DNA of 58,531 nt, counting the filler, from Circinaria calcarea (Eukaryota): assembly GCA_051942165.1 (NCBI GenBank). It is 6 parts of 6 records of this genome, joined end to end, with 100 filler letters (N's around TTAATTAATTAA, not from the genome) between each part and the next. Parts side by side here need not be neighbours in the genome. Positions count along the whole stretch, not along the records: positions 29,363 to 39,035 come from JAVECS010000899.1; positions 39,136 to 48,789 come from JAVECS010000900.1; 4 more parts are not named here. One strand, 5' to 3'. Below are positions 34,254 to 46,256 of the stretch, one piece after another; the stretch's first letter is position 1, and each line of letters begins with the position of its first letter. The translations under genes and the position numbers were made by a program. The notes beneath the pieces are model-generated. The model did no database searches, was not told the origin of the DNA, and worked only from the letters and a program-made list of their open reading frames with translations.

Positions 34254-36070
34254 ATGGCAGAGGCTTCACCTGTGAACCGGCGGAGTCTAACACCAACTGT
34301 AATACCCCAGAAAAGACCACTGGGCTTTGAAGACGAACAACACGTACCTGCTGTACCATCTCCCTTGAACCCAGACTTTGCAACCTCCCGAGCGCGCAGA
34401 CCACCAGCACCTCGAGAACAACGCGAAAAGAAGGAATCATTGAAGAAGCGCGAAGCCAAAGGTGTCGATGGGCTCAGAAGTGGAACGCCAGACGGCCAAG
34501 GTCATGGACGAAAGTCCAAGAAGGCGGCCGAAGGCAGCAGTATTCTATCTCCGTTGAGATATTCAATACCACCTCCTCAGCCCGCCGATTTCGATCCTCC
34601 CCAAGCCCCTATTCTGACACCGGTTCTTACCAAGGCAAGACGGCAATTCCATGAAAGTTCTGAACAGTGAGTCTGGTAGGTCTATTCCAAAGTTACTCCA
34701 GCTGATGCCAGCGTTGCGGCAGTGTTTACAATCGCAAAGGTTACCGATATACCCATTGCATTGCCGATCCAACCTTCTTTTTCTCACGATACCACCGCCG
34801 ATCAGAAACGGAACCTTTCGGGCCTCGCATCGATTTCGAAGATTCGTCTTCGCACATCCTGTTCGACCAATCGGCTAAGAGTATAACGACTGAAAAAGGT
34901 TTCCGCATGGCAAGAGCGAATGTGGGTGTACGAGAAGGCAAATGGTATTGGGAGTGTAAGATCTTAAGTGGCGTGCGTCCCGCCAGCCAAGGCGGGGCGA
35001 GTGTTGATTCAGGAGATGCAGGAGGTCATGTCCGACTTGGATGGGCCCGCCGCGAAGCAAGCTTGGATACGCCTGTTGGATTTGACGCATACAGCTACGG
35101 TCTACGAGATGTTGCAGGGCAAAAGGTCCACATGTCTCGACCCAAAGACTTTATGCCTGAGGGTGAGCAAATTTGCGAAGGCGATGTGATTGGCTTAGAG
35201 ATCCATCTCCCTTCTCTGATATTACATCGGAAAGTCGTGGAAGGCTCTTACAACAAGGCTGTCGATGTTTCTGACGACATCGAGCCACAAGGTGCAGAAG
35301 CCCTCGACATCATCCGGGATCGATCCCCTATTCGATACAAAGGACAGCTCTACTTTGAGTACTTTGAATATCATTCCGCAAAAGAAATAGAAGAACTTAT
35401 GAATCCATCGCCCGTCATAGCAGCAACCTCGACAAATATCACAGCGCCTCCGAATCCGAACCACACTCATGTATCCTTACGAACACTTCCGTTCTCCTGC
35501 ATAAAGGTTTACAAAAACGGACGCTATATCGGCACCCCCTTTACCGACCTCCTCGCCTTCCTCCCTCCTGCATCCAAACCCTCCAATCAACCCGGCGCTC
35601 GTGAAGGCCTAGATGACGGCGTACTCGGATACTTCCCCGCCATCAGCGTCTTCCGCGGCGGCGGCGCCGAAGTCAACCTCGGCCCTGATTTCTGGTGTCC
35701 CCCCGCCGAGCTCTCCAACTACGACGAGGACGTCGACATGATCGGCGACGTGACGGCTATATCAACCGCAGCGCGGAGCGGCACATCCACCTCCTTGAAA
35801 AAACTCCGTGGGCTCAGCGAGCGCTATAACGAGCAGATTGCCGAAGATATCGTGTACGACATTGTTGACGAGGTGGATTTCTGGGCGCAGGACGGTGGGG
35901 CGGCGGCGTTAAGTAATGGAGTAGTCGGTGGGTATGGATTCGGGGTTGGGACTGGGCCGCTGGATTCTGCGGTGCCCGGCGGGATGGATTCGATGGTTAT
36001 TGAGGCTGGGGTCGGGGACGGGCAGAGGCAGACGGGGGAGATTAAGGAGATTGTACAGGAGGAAGAGTGA
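34254..36070 (+). CDS. BRE2: COMPASS/Set1C subunit Bre2/Ash2 (CclA), SPRY domain; intron ~34667-34722
   Basis: EH|VYNRKGYRYTHCIADP, EKGFRMARANVGVREGKWYWECKI, GHVRLGWARREASLDTPVGFDAYSYGLRD, DDGVLGYFPAISVF, ERYNEQIAEDIVYDIVDEVDFW. Confidence 0.92.
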
Positions 36071-36285
36071 GATGGTGGGTTGTGGTAGGGGGGAAATGCA
36101 GTCGGGACTTTCGGTGACCATGGCAGCGGGGGACTGACCACTCTCTGAGAAGTCTCTGCGCTTCCGTGCCATCGAGAAAGGACTTTCCTCTTAACTTTTT
36201 CCATTTAGAATAAATATCAGCTCGAATAGAGTGGCCCCACCCCGACCCGCTTCTCCCATTCCATCTACACTTGCACCTCCTCCCA

Positions 36286-36920
36286 TTACTTTACCGGTAC
36301 CCATGAACTAAACACTCGATCCACCCAATCCATATTGATATCATTCTCATCACCACCCATGCTTTCCTTTCCACTCATGGCGAGTGCCTCACCCATGGCC
36401 GCCTCGAGCTTCTCTTTAAACCTTACCTCGCCTGGCACATTATAGTCCAGGTTACGACCGCAGAAGATCATGTTCATGAAGCTCTTTAGCTTTCTCGGCT
36501 ACTATTATATCCGTATTATAACTAAGTGTGAGGCCGTAGAGCACTTTAGTTGAAAAGTATCTAAGGCTAGATATGTTGTAATGTGAGGTACGAGCAATAT
36601 GATGGCTATACGCAGTATGTACGAGAACTATTCATTATAAGAGAACAAATATGCGAGGGAAAGGTTTTTATAATACGCCAAGACGCTAACTAAACGAGGT
36701 TATAAGGGCCTCTATCAGAGAACCCCTACGAACCCTACGGGTGAATTATATACCGAGGTCACGAGGTATTAGCTTAGCGAGGAAGGTTTTCTCGCGAAGC
36801 GTTGCACCAGAACTCTTTAGCAATAACTCATACGCTATGCGAACCAATTGAGCACATTATCACACAATTTACCGACCCTTATTCGTAAGATCATTATATT
36901 ATTCGTAAAGGATCCTTACA
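36286..36920 (-). pseudogene. Possible decayed gene; protein-like C-terminus preceded by AT-rich, stop-riddled sequence
   Basis: 63-codon tail ..EVRFKEKLEAAMGEAL..MDWVDRVFSSWVPVK* preceded by TpA-rich sequence. Family not recognised. Confidence 0.25.
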
Positions 36921-37715
36921 AATAGCGGGTGCTACCTCTCCCTCATGTCCTTCTTCTCCAAGGGGCAACCGGAGATGCGGAGTCTCTGATTTAGTTTCGG
37001 AGCCCGAGGCCGAAAGGAAAGCCTATATATGGCCCCCTCCTTGATCTCCTTTTCCCCAAGGAGCAACCGGAGTTTGGATGTGTCAAGACAGGATTAATGG
37101 CAGGGGCACAAGTTCGAAACACGGTTATATATATAGTATGGAATACTACTATGGCAGTACGAGCGGTATCTCATTCAAAAGGTAAACTAACGCTGCCGAT
37201 TTCTATGGATTTCCTCTTTCCTTTATGGATTTTCCGCGTAGCAGTTCGGCACTGCCGAACTGTCTTGCCGAACGTAATATCGCAATCTTCGCAATCTATA
37301 TACGCGCTCTACTTTCCAATTCATATCTCTTGGCGTATAAATAACGGCTATACACGAGATAACGAGATAGGTGACAGGATGCGGAGCCTCTGATTTGTTT
37401 TCGGAGCCAAGGCGAGGTCCCGAGGCCGGGCCGAGCCGTAGCCGCTATATTAGCTGCAAGTTTATTGACCGATCTGCGATTAATAATCAAAGCAACGAAA
37501 GGAAATCAGTAGAGTGCCAGATTGGTAATCAAATGGATTCACCACACGCTAGAAGGAGGTCGATCAAGTAAAGTGCATTCCTCCATAAATACAGCCTCAT
37601 TCATATTTTTGCTTTTTTTATCAATTTCTCACCCGTCAAACAATTTCTCCCCCCGTCAAACAAATTCACGATACAGTCTGCTTTTAAGTCTTCATCATTC
37701 GAACCACCACTCAAC

Positions 37716-38831
37716 ATGCCTTCCTTCACCGTCTTTAAGGGCCAGGAGAGCGGCGTCCCCAAGCAGAGCACCACCACCAAGCCTGACCAGCTCACCGGTG
37801 ACAACGTCCTCATCAGAGTGACAGCCTCTGGAGTATGCGGAACCGGTATGTGTCCTCCACACGATGATCCCCCACGTAAGAGACGGCTGCTAATCGATCC
37901 TTCTAGATCTGCACTATGTGAGTGACTTCGGTTCTCCAACGTGGGCCTGTTGATTTTCTGCAACTAAACGAGAGGGCAGAAAGGTGCAGACATGGTTCTC
38001 GGCCACGAAGGCGTCGGCATCGTCGAGACCGTCGGCCCAGCGTGCCACTCCTTGAAGCGAGGCGATCGCGTCGGCTGGGGCTATCAGGTCGACTCTTGCG
38101 GCCACTGTATCGAATGCCTCCAGGGGGCCGAAACCTTCTGCCCCGATCGTGCCATGTACGGCGTCTCGAATCTCGACCAAGGCAGCTTTGCTACCCACGC
38201 CATCTGGCGAGAGTCATTCCTCTACCCCATCCCCCAGGGTCTCAGCGACATCGACGCCGCTCCCCTCCAATGCGGCGGCGCCACCACCTTCACCGCCCTC
38301 CAAGGCATCAAGCCCAGCGACACGGTCGGCATCATGGGCGTCGGGGGGCTCGGCCATATAGCCATTCAGTTTGCGGCCAAGATGGGCTGCCGCGTGGTGG
38401 TCCTTTCAAGCTCCGATAGGAAGAAGGCCGAAGCCCTGCAGCTCGGAGCACACGAATTCATCGCCACCAAGGACACCCAGAAGCTCAAGGTCTCAGCACC
38501 AATCAACCGATTACTCGTCACTGCAGCGGTGCCGCCGAACTGGGGACTGATTCTGCCCATCATGGCTCCCCGATCGGTCATCTACCCGCTCTCGGTCTCG
38601 TCTGGCAACCTGGAAATTCCTTACATGGGGCTGATTCTGCAGGGGATCTCGGTGCAGGGATCACTCGTGGCTCCGAGGCACCTGCACCGCAAGATGTTGG
38701 AGTTCGCGGCGCTGCACCAGATCAAGCCGGTTGTCGAGACGTTCCCCATGACGGAGGAGGGCATCAGTCAGGCAATGGATAGGTTGGATCGCGGCAAGGT
38801 TACCTACCGTGCTGTCCTAATACCGAAGTAA
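37716..38831 (+). CDS. Zn-dependent medium-chain alcohol dehydrogenase (CAD-like); exons 37716-37845, 37907-37917, 37980-38831
   Basis: SGVCGT|DLHY|KGADMVLGHEGVG, structural Zn CGHCIEC..C, LQCGGAT, GVGGLG Rossmann motif, YRAVL. Confidence 0.93.
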
Positions 38832-39035
38832 GAAACGATCGGACTACGTGTGTGGATCAAAGATAAATAAATATTATAGATTAGCTGACTCGGTCAGCAA
38901 GACTCCTATAATTATTAATTTATATATATTAAATATTTTCCTCTTAATTCGAAAATAATATAAAAATTCGTTTCCCGGTAACGAAATTACTTCGATTTTT
39001 TTAAAAATATTATAATTCTGGAAAACTTTATTAAT

Positions 39036-39135
39036 NNNNNNNNNNNNNNNNNNNNNNNNNNNNNNNNNNNNNNNNNNNNTTAATTAATTAANNNNNNNNN
39101 NNNNNNNNNNNNNNNNNNNNNNNNNNNNNNNNNNN
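39036..39135. other. Artificial contig linker
   Basis: N44-TTAATTAATTAA-N44. Confidence 0.98.
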
Positions 39136-39143
39136 TCATCACC

Positions 39144-39776
39144 ATGGCCGGCCCAGCTCCTCCTCAGTCTGTTCCTCCTGAGTCCGCCCTCGGTCTAGGC
39201 GTCTCGGACTGCCCTATGGAGACGCATCCTCATACAACAAGCGTCCTACCGTACGTCGATAGGGCCACTGCACCCCCTGCCATTCAGGCAGCATTCGATC
39301 TCATACCATTTCGTCGGCACATCCTCGAATTGTTTGCCAACGCAGAGAGCCAATTCCCCCCCATTGCCGAACTCCTAGCTTCTTTCTTCTCGAGTGAGAC
39401 ACGCGAACTGTCAGACCTTGAATGGTTGGAGATTGCCATGTACACTGCCGTCCTGTGTGGATCGCCCTATGTGTTCAAGATCAACTCCCAAATCGCCCTA
39501 GGCAGAAACATCCAGCCGGAGAAGCTGATCCTTATTCAATTCGGGCAGTTTGAGAACACAAACTTTTGGACCACGCGGGAGCGGACACTGATGAAATGCG
39601 TTGAGATGTTGGTCAAAACTCATACCGTGTCGGATGCATTTTTGGCAACTCTGAAGGCATCTTTCACCCCCAGAGAGATCGTTGAAGTTGTTATCATGGT
39701 GGGTGTGTACTCGATGAACTCGTACCTGGGAAATCTGGCCCGAATCGACTTTGACGCGGATCAAGGACCAACTTAA
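39144..39776 (+). CDS. AhpD/carboxymuconolactone decarboxylase-like protein
   Basis: Intronless 210 aa: LPYVD..RRHILELFANA..FWTTRERTLMKCVEML..VSDAFLATLKASFTPREIVEVVIMVGVYSM, the helical pattern of the CMD/AhpD family. Confidence 0.7.
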   Translation: MAGPAPPQSVPPESALGLGVSDCPMETHPHTTSVLPYVDRATAPPAIQAAFDLIPFRRHILELFANAESQFPPIAELLASFFSSETRELSDLEWLEIAMYTAVLCGSPYVFKINSQIALGRNIQPEKLILIQFGQFENTNFWTTRERTLMKCVEMLVKTHTVSDAFLATLKASFTPREIVEVVIMVGVYSMNSYLGNLARIDFDADQGPT

Positions 39777-40239
39777 GGGGGTACCATGAGAAACTCCCAG
39801 CGTGGTAAACTTGCGCTTTCTCATTCGTTTACTTGTGAGTTACTAGAGGACCTTTGGCAGGTCTAGCTCCTAGCGGTTACGGTTGGCAACGAGGGCGTTG
39901 TGTCAAACGGGCTAAAGATTGTGACATGCTCATTGACTTCATTGTGTATGCATGGAAATAATCTATAATACAAGAATGCTTTTCTGTGCCCGTAAATCTT
40001 AAAGCATTACTTACTTGATTTCCCAATGGACCATCACATAGGCAGAATAGCTTGTACAGTACCACACGTTCGGATTCTCTGGTCCCGGCAAGATGGCTGC
40101 CTTTGGATTGGCGTAATTGGTATATAGACATCAATAGAAAACATTCATCCTACACCGTAGAGAAACAAAGGTAGTAAGCGGGTAGCAGCAGGTTCATCCA
40201 TCTACCAATTAACTCTAACTAAATCCAGTTAACCCCATC

Positions 40240-41298
40240 TTAGTAGCCCCACCCCGACCCTGCATCAACCCTGATCACTGCACCCCCTAGCACACCCGAG
40301 AAATTCCCACTCAAATAAGCAGCCGCGCCCCCATTAGTCGAGACATACAGACTTCCCCTCTCCCGATCAACTTCGCTACGGCCCCACTGCACAGCCGTCG
40401 GTCCCTTCAGTCCCACCAGCACCGTCTGATTACCTCCGCGCCTGGGCACAAAGCCCAACTGATCATTCAACTCCGCCACAAACGCATTGCCTTTCCCATC
40501 GAGCACGAAATCGTCGCCGGGAATTTCCGAGCTGATAACTTCCGCGCGACCGGCAGGCGTGCCGTCGGCGTGAATGGGGATTCGGTTCAGAGTCGCCGCG
40601 TTGGAGTTTGTGAAATAGAGCATGCGATGATAGATTCGGAGTCCGTTGACGCCGATGGGAGGCGAGGTCGTTGGTTTCATGAGCGGATCATCGATGACGA
40701 TTTTCGCGTCACCGGTGGTGACGTCGACGCGCCAGACGATGCCCCGGGACGAATCGGCGATGAGGAGGAGTCCGGCGCGCGGGTCGAGAAGAACCATCCC
40801 GTTGGCCATACCGCTGTCCGGTAGGTCGGTGATTTTTTCCACCGAAGCGGGGCGTGCCGGTGGGGAAAAGTCACGCACGTCCACCTTCCATACGGCGTAT
40901 GAGCTAGGTGTTGTGATGAACGTTCGGAGCGAAAAGCTCCCGGCTATGACATAGAAGACATCTGGCTGGCCCTCTGCGATGCCCAGAAGACCGCTTGCGT
41001 TCGGGAACCTGTGGACCAAGACAGCGGCATCGGGTGCACTGGAGAAGGGATCGATTTGGTAGAGCTCAGGGGCAGAGAGGAGGGTGGTGAGGATTTGGCC
41101 GTTGGAGCGGACAGCCAGGTTTTCGGCCCATGTTGCCAGGGGGAATTGGTGGATTGTTGTGGTGGTTAGGGGAAGGGGAGAAAGTAAGGGAGAAGATAGG
41201 GAGAATGGAATTGGGAGGGGGTTTGCAAGGATGGGGAGAGGGGCCAAGGCTAGGGAAAGAAGCAAGAGAGGGAAGAGCAGAAGGTGCGGTGGATGCAT
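40240..41298 (-). CDS. Secreted six-bladed beta-propeller protein (SMP-30/gluconolactonase-like)
   Basis: Signal peptide, HQFP..WAENLAVRSNGQIL, LLGIAE..PDVFYV, ANGM, LLIADS..GIVWRVD, GVNGLRI..LYFTNS, GDDF, GPTAVQWGR..LYVST. Confidence 0.82.
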   Translation of the reverse strand: MHPPHLLLFPLLLLSLALAPLPILANPLPIPFSLSSPLLSPLPLTTTTIHQFPLATWAENLAVRSNGQILTTLLSAPELYQIDPFSSAPDAAVLVHRFPNASGLLGIAEGQPDVFYVIAGSFSLRTFITTPSSYAVWKVDVRDFSPPARPASVEKITDLPDSGMANGMVLLDPRAGLLLIADSSRGIVWRVDVTTGDAKIVIDDPLMKPTTSPPIGVNGLRIYHRMLYFTNSNAATLNRIPIHADGTPAGRAEVISSEIPGDDFVLDGKGNAFVAELNDQLGFVPRRGGNQTVLVGLKGPTAVQWGRSEVDRERGSLYVSTNGGAAAYLSGNFSGVLGGAVIRVDAGSGWGY

Positions 41299-41735
41299 TG
41301 TTTTTGGGAAGATATTGGACAAGAGAATACAAGATCCAGATTAGGATCGAAGGTTTTTGAGCGCTGCGGAGAATAAGATACTTTTTCCTCCGCAATGACA
41401 CCAAGCTAATTTATAGCTCTTTGTCATCCCTTCTATAAATTCCCCTACCTATTTCAATTATTTCAAGAAGAAAAAAAACCCCCCTCAACTCACCGCTGAG
41501 TGCCATGCTACACTGAGGCTGAGATACCTCTGAACTAATGCATGGTAACGGTAAGCTGACGATACGCAATATGTAACACTCAAGGGCCATAACGAGGTGG
41601 GTGGGGCATAGGGAGGTCAAATCACAGCTTTTAGCTTGCTGACTCTCGACTCGGGTAGGAACAATGTATGGTATTCCTCCGGAGCCACGAACAGAAATGG
41701 AAAATCTCCGTTTCTGATCCTAGCTATCCAAGGGT

Positions 41736-41881
41736 TGCTAACTGAGGCTACCATAAAGGGCTCTTCCACGCTAAGAGTTCTGGGTCGCCTCGAGATTTCA
41801 GGCAAAATGGTGCTAACTGAGGCTACCATAAAGGCCTCTTCCACCCTAAGAGTTCGGGTCGCCTCGAGATTCAGGCAAAAT
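41736..41881. repeat. Tandem duplication, 2 x ~73-75 bp
   Basis: TGCTAACTGAGGCTACCATAAAGGSCTCTTCCACSCTAAGAGTTC..GGGTCGCCTCGAGATT..CAGGCAAAAT occurs at 41736 and 41811. Confidence 0.9.
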
Positions 41882-42155
41882 AGTAATTTGCGGGTACAGG
41901 TTGTCTCTGGTAGCTTAGGGATTATAGTTGATAAAGTGATACTAAATGTTTACCAGACTGGTCTCGTTGAAACAAAAGTAATTGTTGATTTTATATAATA
42001 GATTTTCATAACTATAGTATAAACTCATTCTCGAAGCCTCGAGTTACTTCTCCCGACTTTGTGAAGAATAAGAATATAATAGCAGAGAGGACTTTGCCAG
42101 TAATAGCTCAAGCAATAAATTGTTACCCGCACGAAGTATTAGCTTTAATCAAGCG

Positions 42156-44076
42156 TTAAACCGATGTATTGGCTTGAACCATAATCTCCTACCCATTAGT
42201 GGTTAATTAGTTGACTCTTGCAAGGAGAGCTATTATGTACATACGCTGGCAAATTTACTCCTTGCTCGGATTCTAGGTCCATAGAAAACCAAAACCCACG
42301 GTACAAGAGTGAGGAGTGCAGCCTGGCAGCTTGATTAGAATTGAAGGAGAACAGCCTCAGCTACACTCAAAGCAACTCACCACACCACCCAACAAACTAC
42401 AAGCTCCGGCGAATGTTAAGCGAGCAAACATGGCTCTCGTTGCTAACGGGAGGACTCCGCCGAGTATACTTCGGCCTATAGCAATAAGTTAGCGACTACC
42501 ACATGAAAAATACATAGGCTCGGTAATGAAACAGCTTCTAAGGCTTCCAAGCTTACAGAATGACTGCGCAGCAATAGCTGAGCTGGCATAACAGTGATAT
42601 ACATCTGCGAGATAGTTGAAGACAGCGAGGTATACCGAGTATATACCCACTGTTGCACATCCAATCCCCATCGTCGGAACAATCCAATGGTAGTCAGAGG
42701 ACAGAGTCCAGGCGAACCAGAATAGGCCAATCGGCAAGAGTGTGCTTTCAACACAACTGAAGTACAGCCGGCCTTCCGGCGTCGATTTGATCCCATTATA
42801 ATATTTGGTAGCCAGCTTATCTTGAATTATACTTAAGACAGTAGCGAGAATAATGCCAATACAGATCGCTAGATAAACCGAGCGTAAGCATTCATAGTTA
42901 CTCGTTCGGGCACGACCTTACCTGCGAAAACTGCTCCATCCTGCTCAACATTGAAAGAGTGATTGGTAGTAAAGACCAAAGGTATAGCACTAAATGCAAT
43001 AAAAAGTACGGCCCAAGCAAAGGCAATCCATAGGGAGAAAAAGAAGACAACCGGCTCCGTACAGAGGAGGTCTATTTCAATGTCAGCAGGCTTATGCACA
43101 AAATGTGCAATAGAGACCAACAAAAAGTTCTATACACGGACAATCTGATCAACTTCCCCAATTCTTCTTTGTTGTCGGATGACTCTACCTTATATCTAAT
43201 CTTTTGCCTAGGTCTACTGTCACCGTCCGCATCTGTCTCGAGTCCGACATAGCCTTGCTGTTCCCTTGCATCATGCCACTCATTTAAAACTTTGGCCTTT
43301 CTGTGAAGAAGAACAGATCCCCTAGATTCCTTGAGAAATAATATTAGGGTAAGGACCATCAGACCAGCACTGATAACTTGAACGAAGAAGATCCAACGCC
43401 ATGATAAGTTTTGTGCGATAAAGCCTGAACATAATGGACCAAGTCCGGTTCCAAAAAGTGCAGAAGCAGCAAAAAGAGCCATGGGTACATTTCTTTCTTC
43501 GGTGTGGTATAGATCCGTTACAAGACCCCCGACCAGAGCCGCGCCGTTCGACGCACCAACGCCGACGAAGAATCTTGCGATTAACAGGCCCGGGAAAGAG
43601 TGTGTAAGTGCACAGCTAAGCTGGGAAACCAAGAAGATGATTCCCTTAGCTACAAAAACTGGATACCGGCCTCTCATCTCGGAAAGAGGTGCTAGGAGCA
43701 TTGGAGCTATACCAAAACCGAGCGAGTACGTTGTAATTCCAACAGTCACGGCTGTCGGAGTCTTGCTAAACTCCATGGACAGCTGATCCGAGCCAGCACT
43801 GTAGGAGCCTGCTGAATAGGCAGCTAAGATGGTCACAATGTAGCCAATTGCCATTACGATCCTCTTCCTTGATATGGACCATTCGAAAGGCGATACATAA
43901 CTTCGAAGATCCGGCGGTTCTGGTACCTGTGTCGGCTGAGATGGGAATAGCAATTCGGTTTCAAAGGTCAAATCATGGTAGATAATGGGCACCTCATTCT
44001 CTTTGAAGGGGTGCTGGGCTGCATTGGAGTTTCTGTTGAGCGACATTAGTCGGGTTCCAGCTTCGGTCGCCGCCAT
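42156..44076 (-). CDS. MFS transporter, DHA1 (drug:H+ antiporter) type, multi-exon
   Basis: SPFEWSISRK, LAPLSEMRGRYPVF, ARFFVGVG, LGPLCSGFI..WRWIF, ESRGSVLL, TEPVVFFFSLWIAFAW, LPIGLFWFAWT, FNYLADVYHCYASSA, YGPRIRARSKFAS|EIMVQANTSV*. Confidence 0.9.
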
Positions 44077-44956
44077 TGAGGGACTGAAAAAGAAAACTCG
44101 CCCCGAATGTTCCAGGAGGTGATAGAAATGGCAACAGCGGCGTAATCGTACATGTTGAGCTCTTTGCCACTATAGAGTGTAGCCTTTGCTTGACAAATAG
44201 CGATTCGACTTGACTCATCTCATACAAGTGACAAGCTCAGGGGTATACTTGTGCTATTAGAGTTACTCTTCTGCTGTCACGGTAAGCTGGTAAGAAATCA
44301 CAAAATTACAAGCTGGAGACTGAATCTATGGTTCTACGCTAATGATTTACCGGGTCAAGATATCGGGAGATCCGCCGCTAAATCTCCCCTGACTAGCGGT
44401 CTTAGTGCAATGGAAGACACTGGAAGAGAGTGCGATCTGATGCAACGAATCGAAGACGAAAGTGTGTTTCTTGCCTTGCATTATGTACGAGAGCCACAAA
44501 TTGTCCAAAGAGGAAAAGCTTATCATGTCGTGATACCCTACAATGTCACCTCGGAAACATCTCACCAAATCGTTACCGGGAAAGCCGCATGGCTTAGTGA
44601 TACCCCACCCAATTAAAACTCTTCAGTGCACAACCGTTCGTGTCCCAAGATTGAAGCGATGCCTATAGTCGTGGGAGGGCCAAGTAAACATTGGAAGTTT
44701 TAACTGCTCTCATCTTCAGCTTGCGCACTTTAGGTAGGTGACATGTGAGTCAATTTCGTCCCAGAGCCATTTCTTGAAAGTTCGTATGCATTTGGTCATG
44801 TCGTTCGTCAAGTTATGCTAGTCTGTATAAGACGATGTCTGTGAGTTCTCGAATAAGATCTTGGGTTCTTCAGACTTCCGCACCGCCTTCTCTTATTCTT
44901 CGAATCTTGGCACGTATCCCAAAGGAATCCGAGTACACATATCGTCTGGCCAAGCT

Positions 44957-46256
44957 ATGGCTTCTCTATTTACTGTTGTCGTTATAGCGGCATTTGCTTT
45001 ACCAGCTTTGATCCAGGGAGCAGCAGTACTTCCGAGTCGCTCAACATCAACGCCAAAGGCCATCTATTTCATGTCTAATCACGGCCTTAACGCAATTGTT
45101 GCCATTCCTGTTGCTCAGAACGGGACATTAGTCACTCCTGTAACCACAACGCTAACCGGCGGTAACGGTAGTGCGAGCATTAATCCTGCGACAGGAGGGC
45201 CCAGTTCCCCAGACGCATTAGCAAATGCTGGGGCAGTTCAAGTAGATGGTCAGGTAGTTCTTCCGGCCATTTCTACCCTTCTCAGTCCTTAGCATCCACG
45301 CTTTATGATGATCTTCTCCACCTACAATACATGCTAATTACAGTATTCTAATTCAGAATCTCTTTGTCGTGAACGCTGGTTCAAACAGTCTTTCGATATT
45401 CCACATTGATGAATACGACCCGACAAAGTTGACTCTGCTTGGCGAACCACGAAATACAAACGGTGAATTCCCCATCACTGTCGCTGTCTCGTCGAAACAC
45501 CGACTAGTCTGCGTAGCGAATACGGGTACCATCTCTGGCATCGCCTGCGCTTCCTACTCACCTTCGTACGGCCTCGCGCCCTTCGACACTCTCCGCAACT
45601 TCAACCTAAACCAAACAACACCGCCAGTTGGACTGCCCAACACAATATCCCATATCTTCTTCGACAATGCCCAGAAAGTTCTTTACACCACCGTTAAAGG
45701 CATGAGTCCTACAAACCCTAGTGGTTTCTTGTCCGCCTACAAGGTTAACGGTAACCGGGTCTCATACAAGAACATCCGCAGCTCACCCGATGGGACAAAA
45801 CTTCTTTTCGGTACCGCCAACATTCCCGGCTCAACGAACATTCTGGCATCAGATGCTTCATTCGGTGCCGAAGTTATCTCCGTTAATGCCAGTTATCAAG
45901 GGTCTACAATAGCTCACATCGACATTCCACACAATGTGGCAACCTGCTGGGCCACCTTCTCAGATGTGACCGGCACCGGCTATATGACTGATGGGGGAGC
46001 AAACCAGATAACTGAAGTCGACGTCAACGCTGGGACACTAGTCACGCAGTTGAACTCTTCATCGACTAACATTGGTATGAATGATGTTGCGGCGGTTGGG
46101 AATCGAGTCTACGCTTTAAGCCCAAACAGAAATGGTCAGTTGAGTGCGATTTCAGTGTTTGACATTAGCGGTGGTAAAGGAGCTATCAAGGAATTCCAAA
46201 CTTTCCTCCCTGGGGGCAGTAATAACTTTGCGTCTGGATTGGGGTGGATTAGGTAG
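44957..46256 (+). CDS. Secreted beta-propeller, 3-carboxymuconate cyclase/lactonase-like; intron 45254-45356
   Basis: Signal peptide, KAIYFMSN..NAIVAIPV..GTL..TGGNG..PDAL..V|NLFVVNAGSNSLSIF, GEFPITVAVS, LYTTVKG, LASDASFG, ATCWAT. Confidence 0.82.

Noticed and set aside
37716..39776. Alcohol dehydrogenase as part of the CMD/lactonase/BVMO cluster
   Set aside because: Separated by an artificial linker; the genes are on different contigs.
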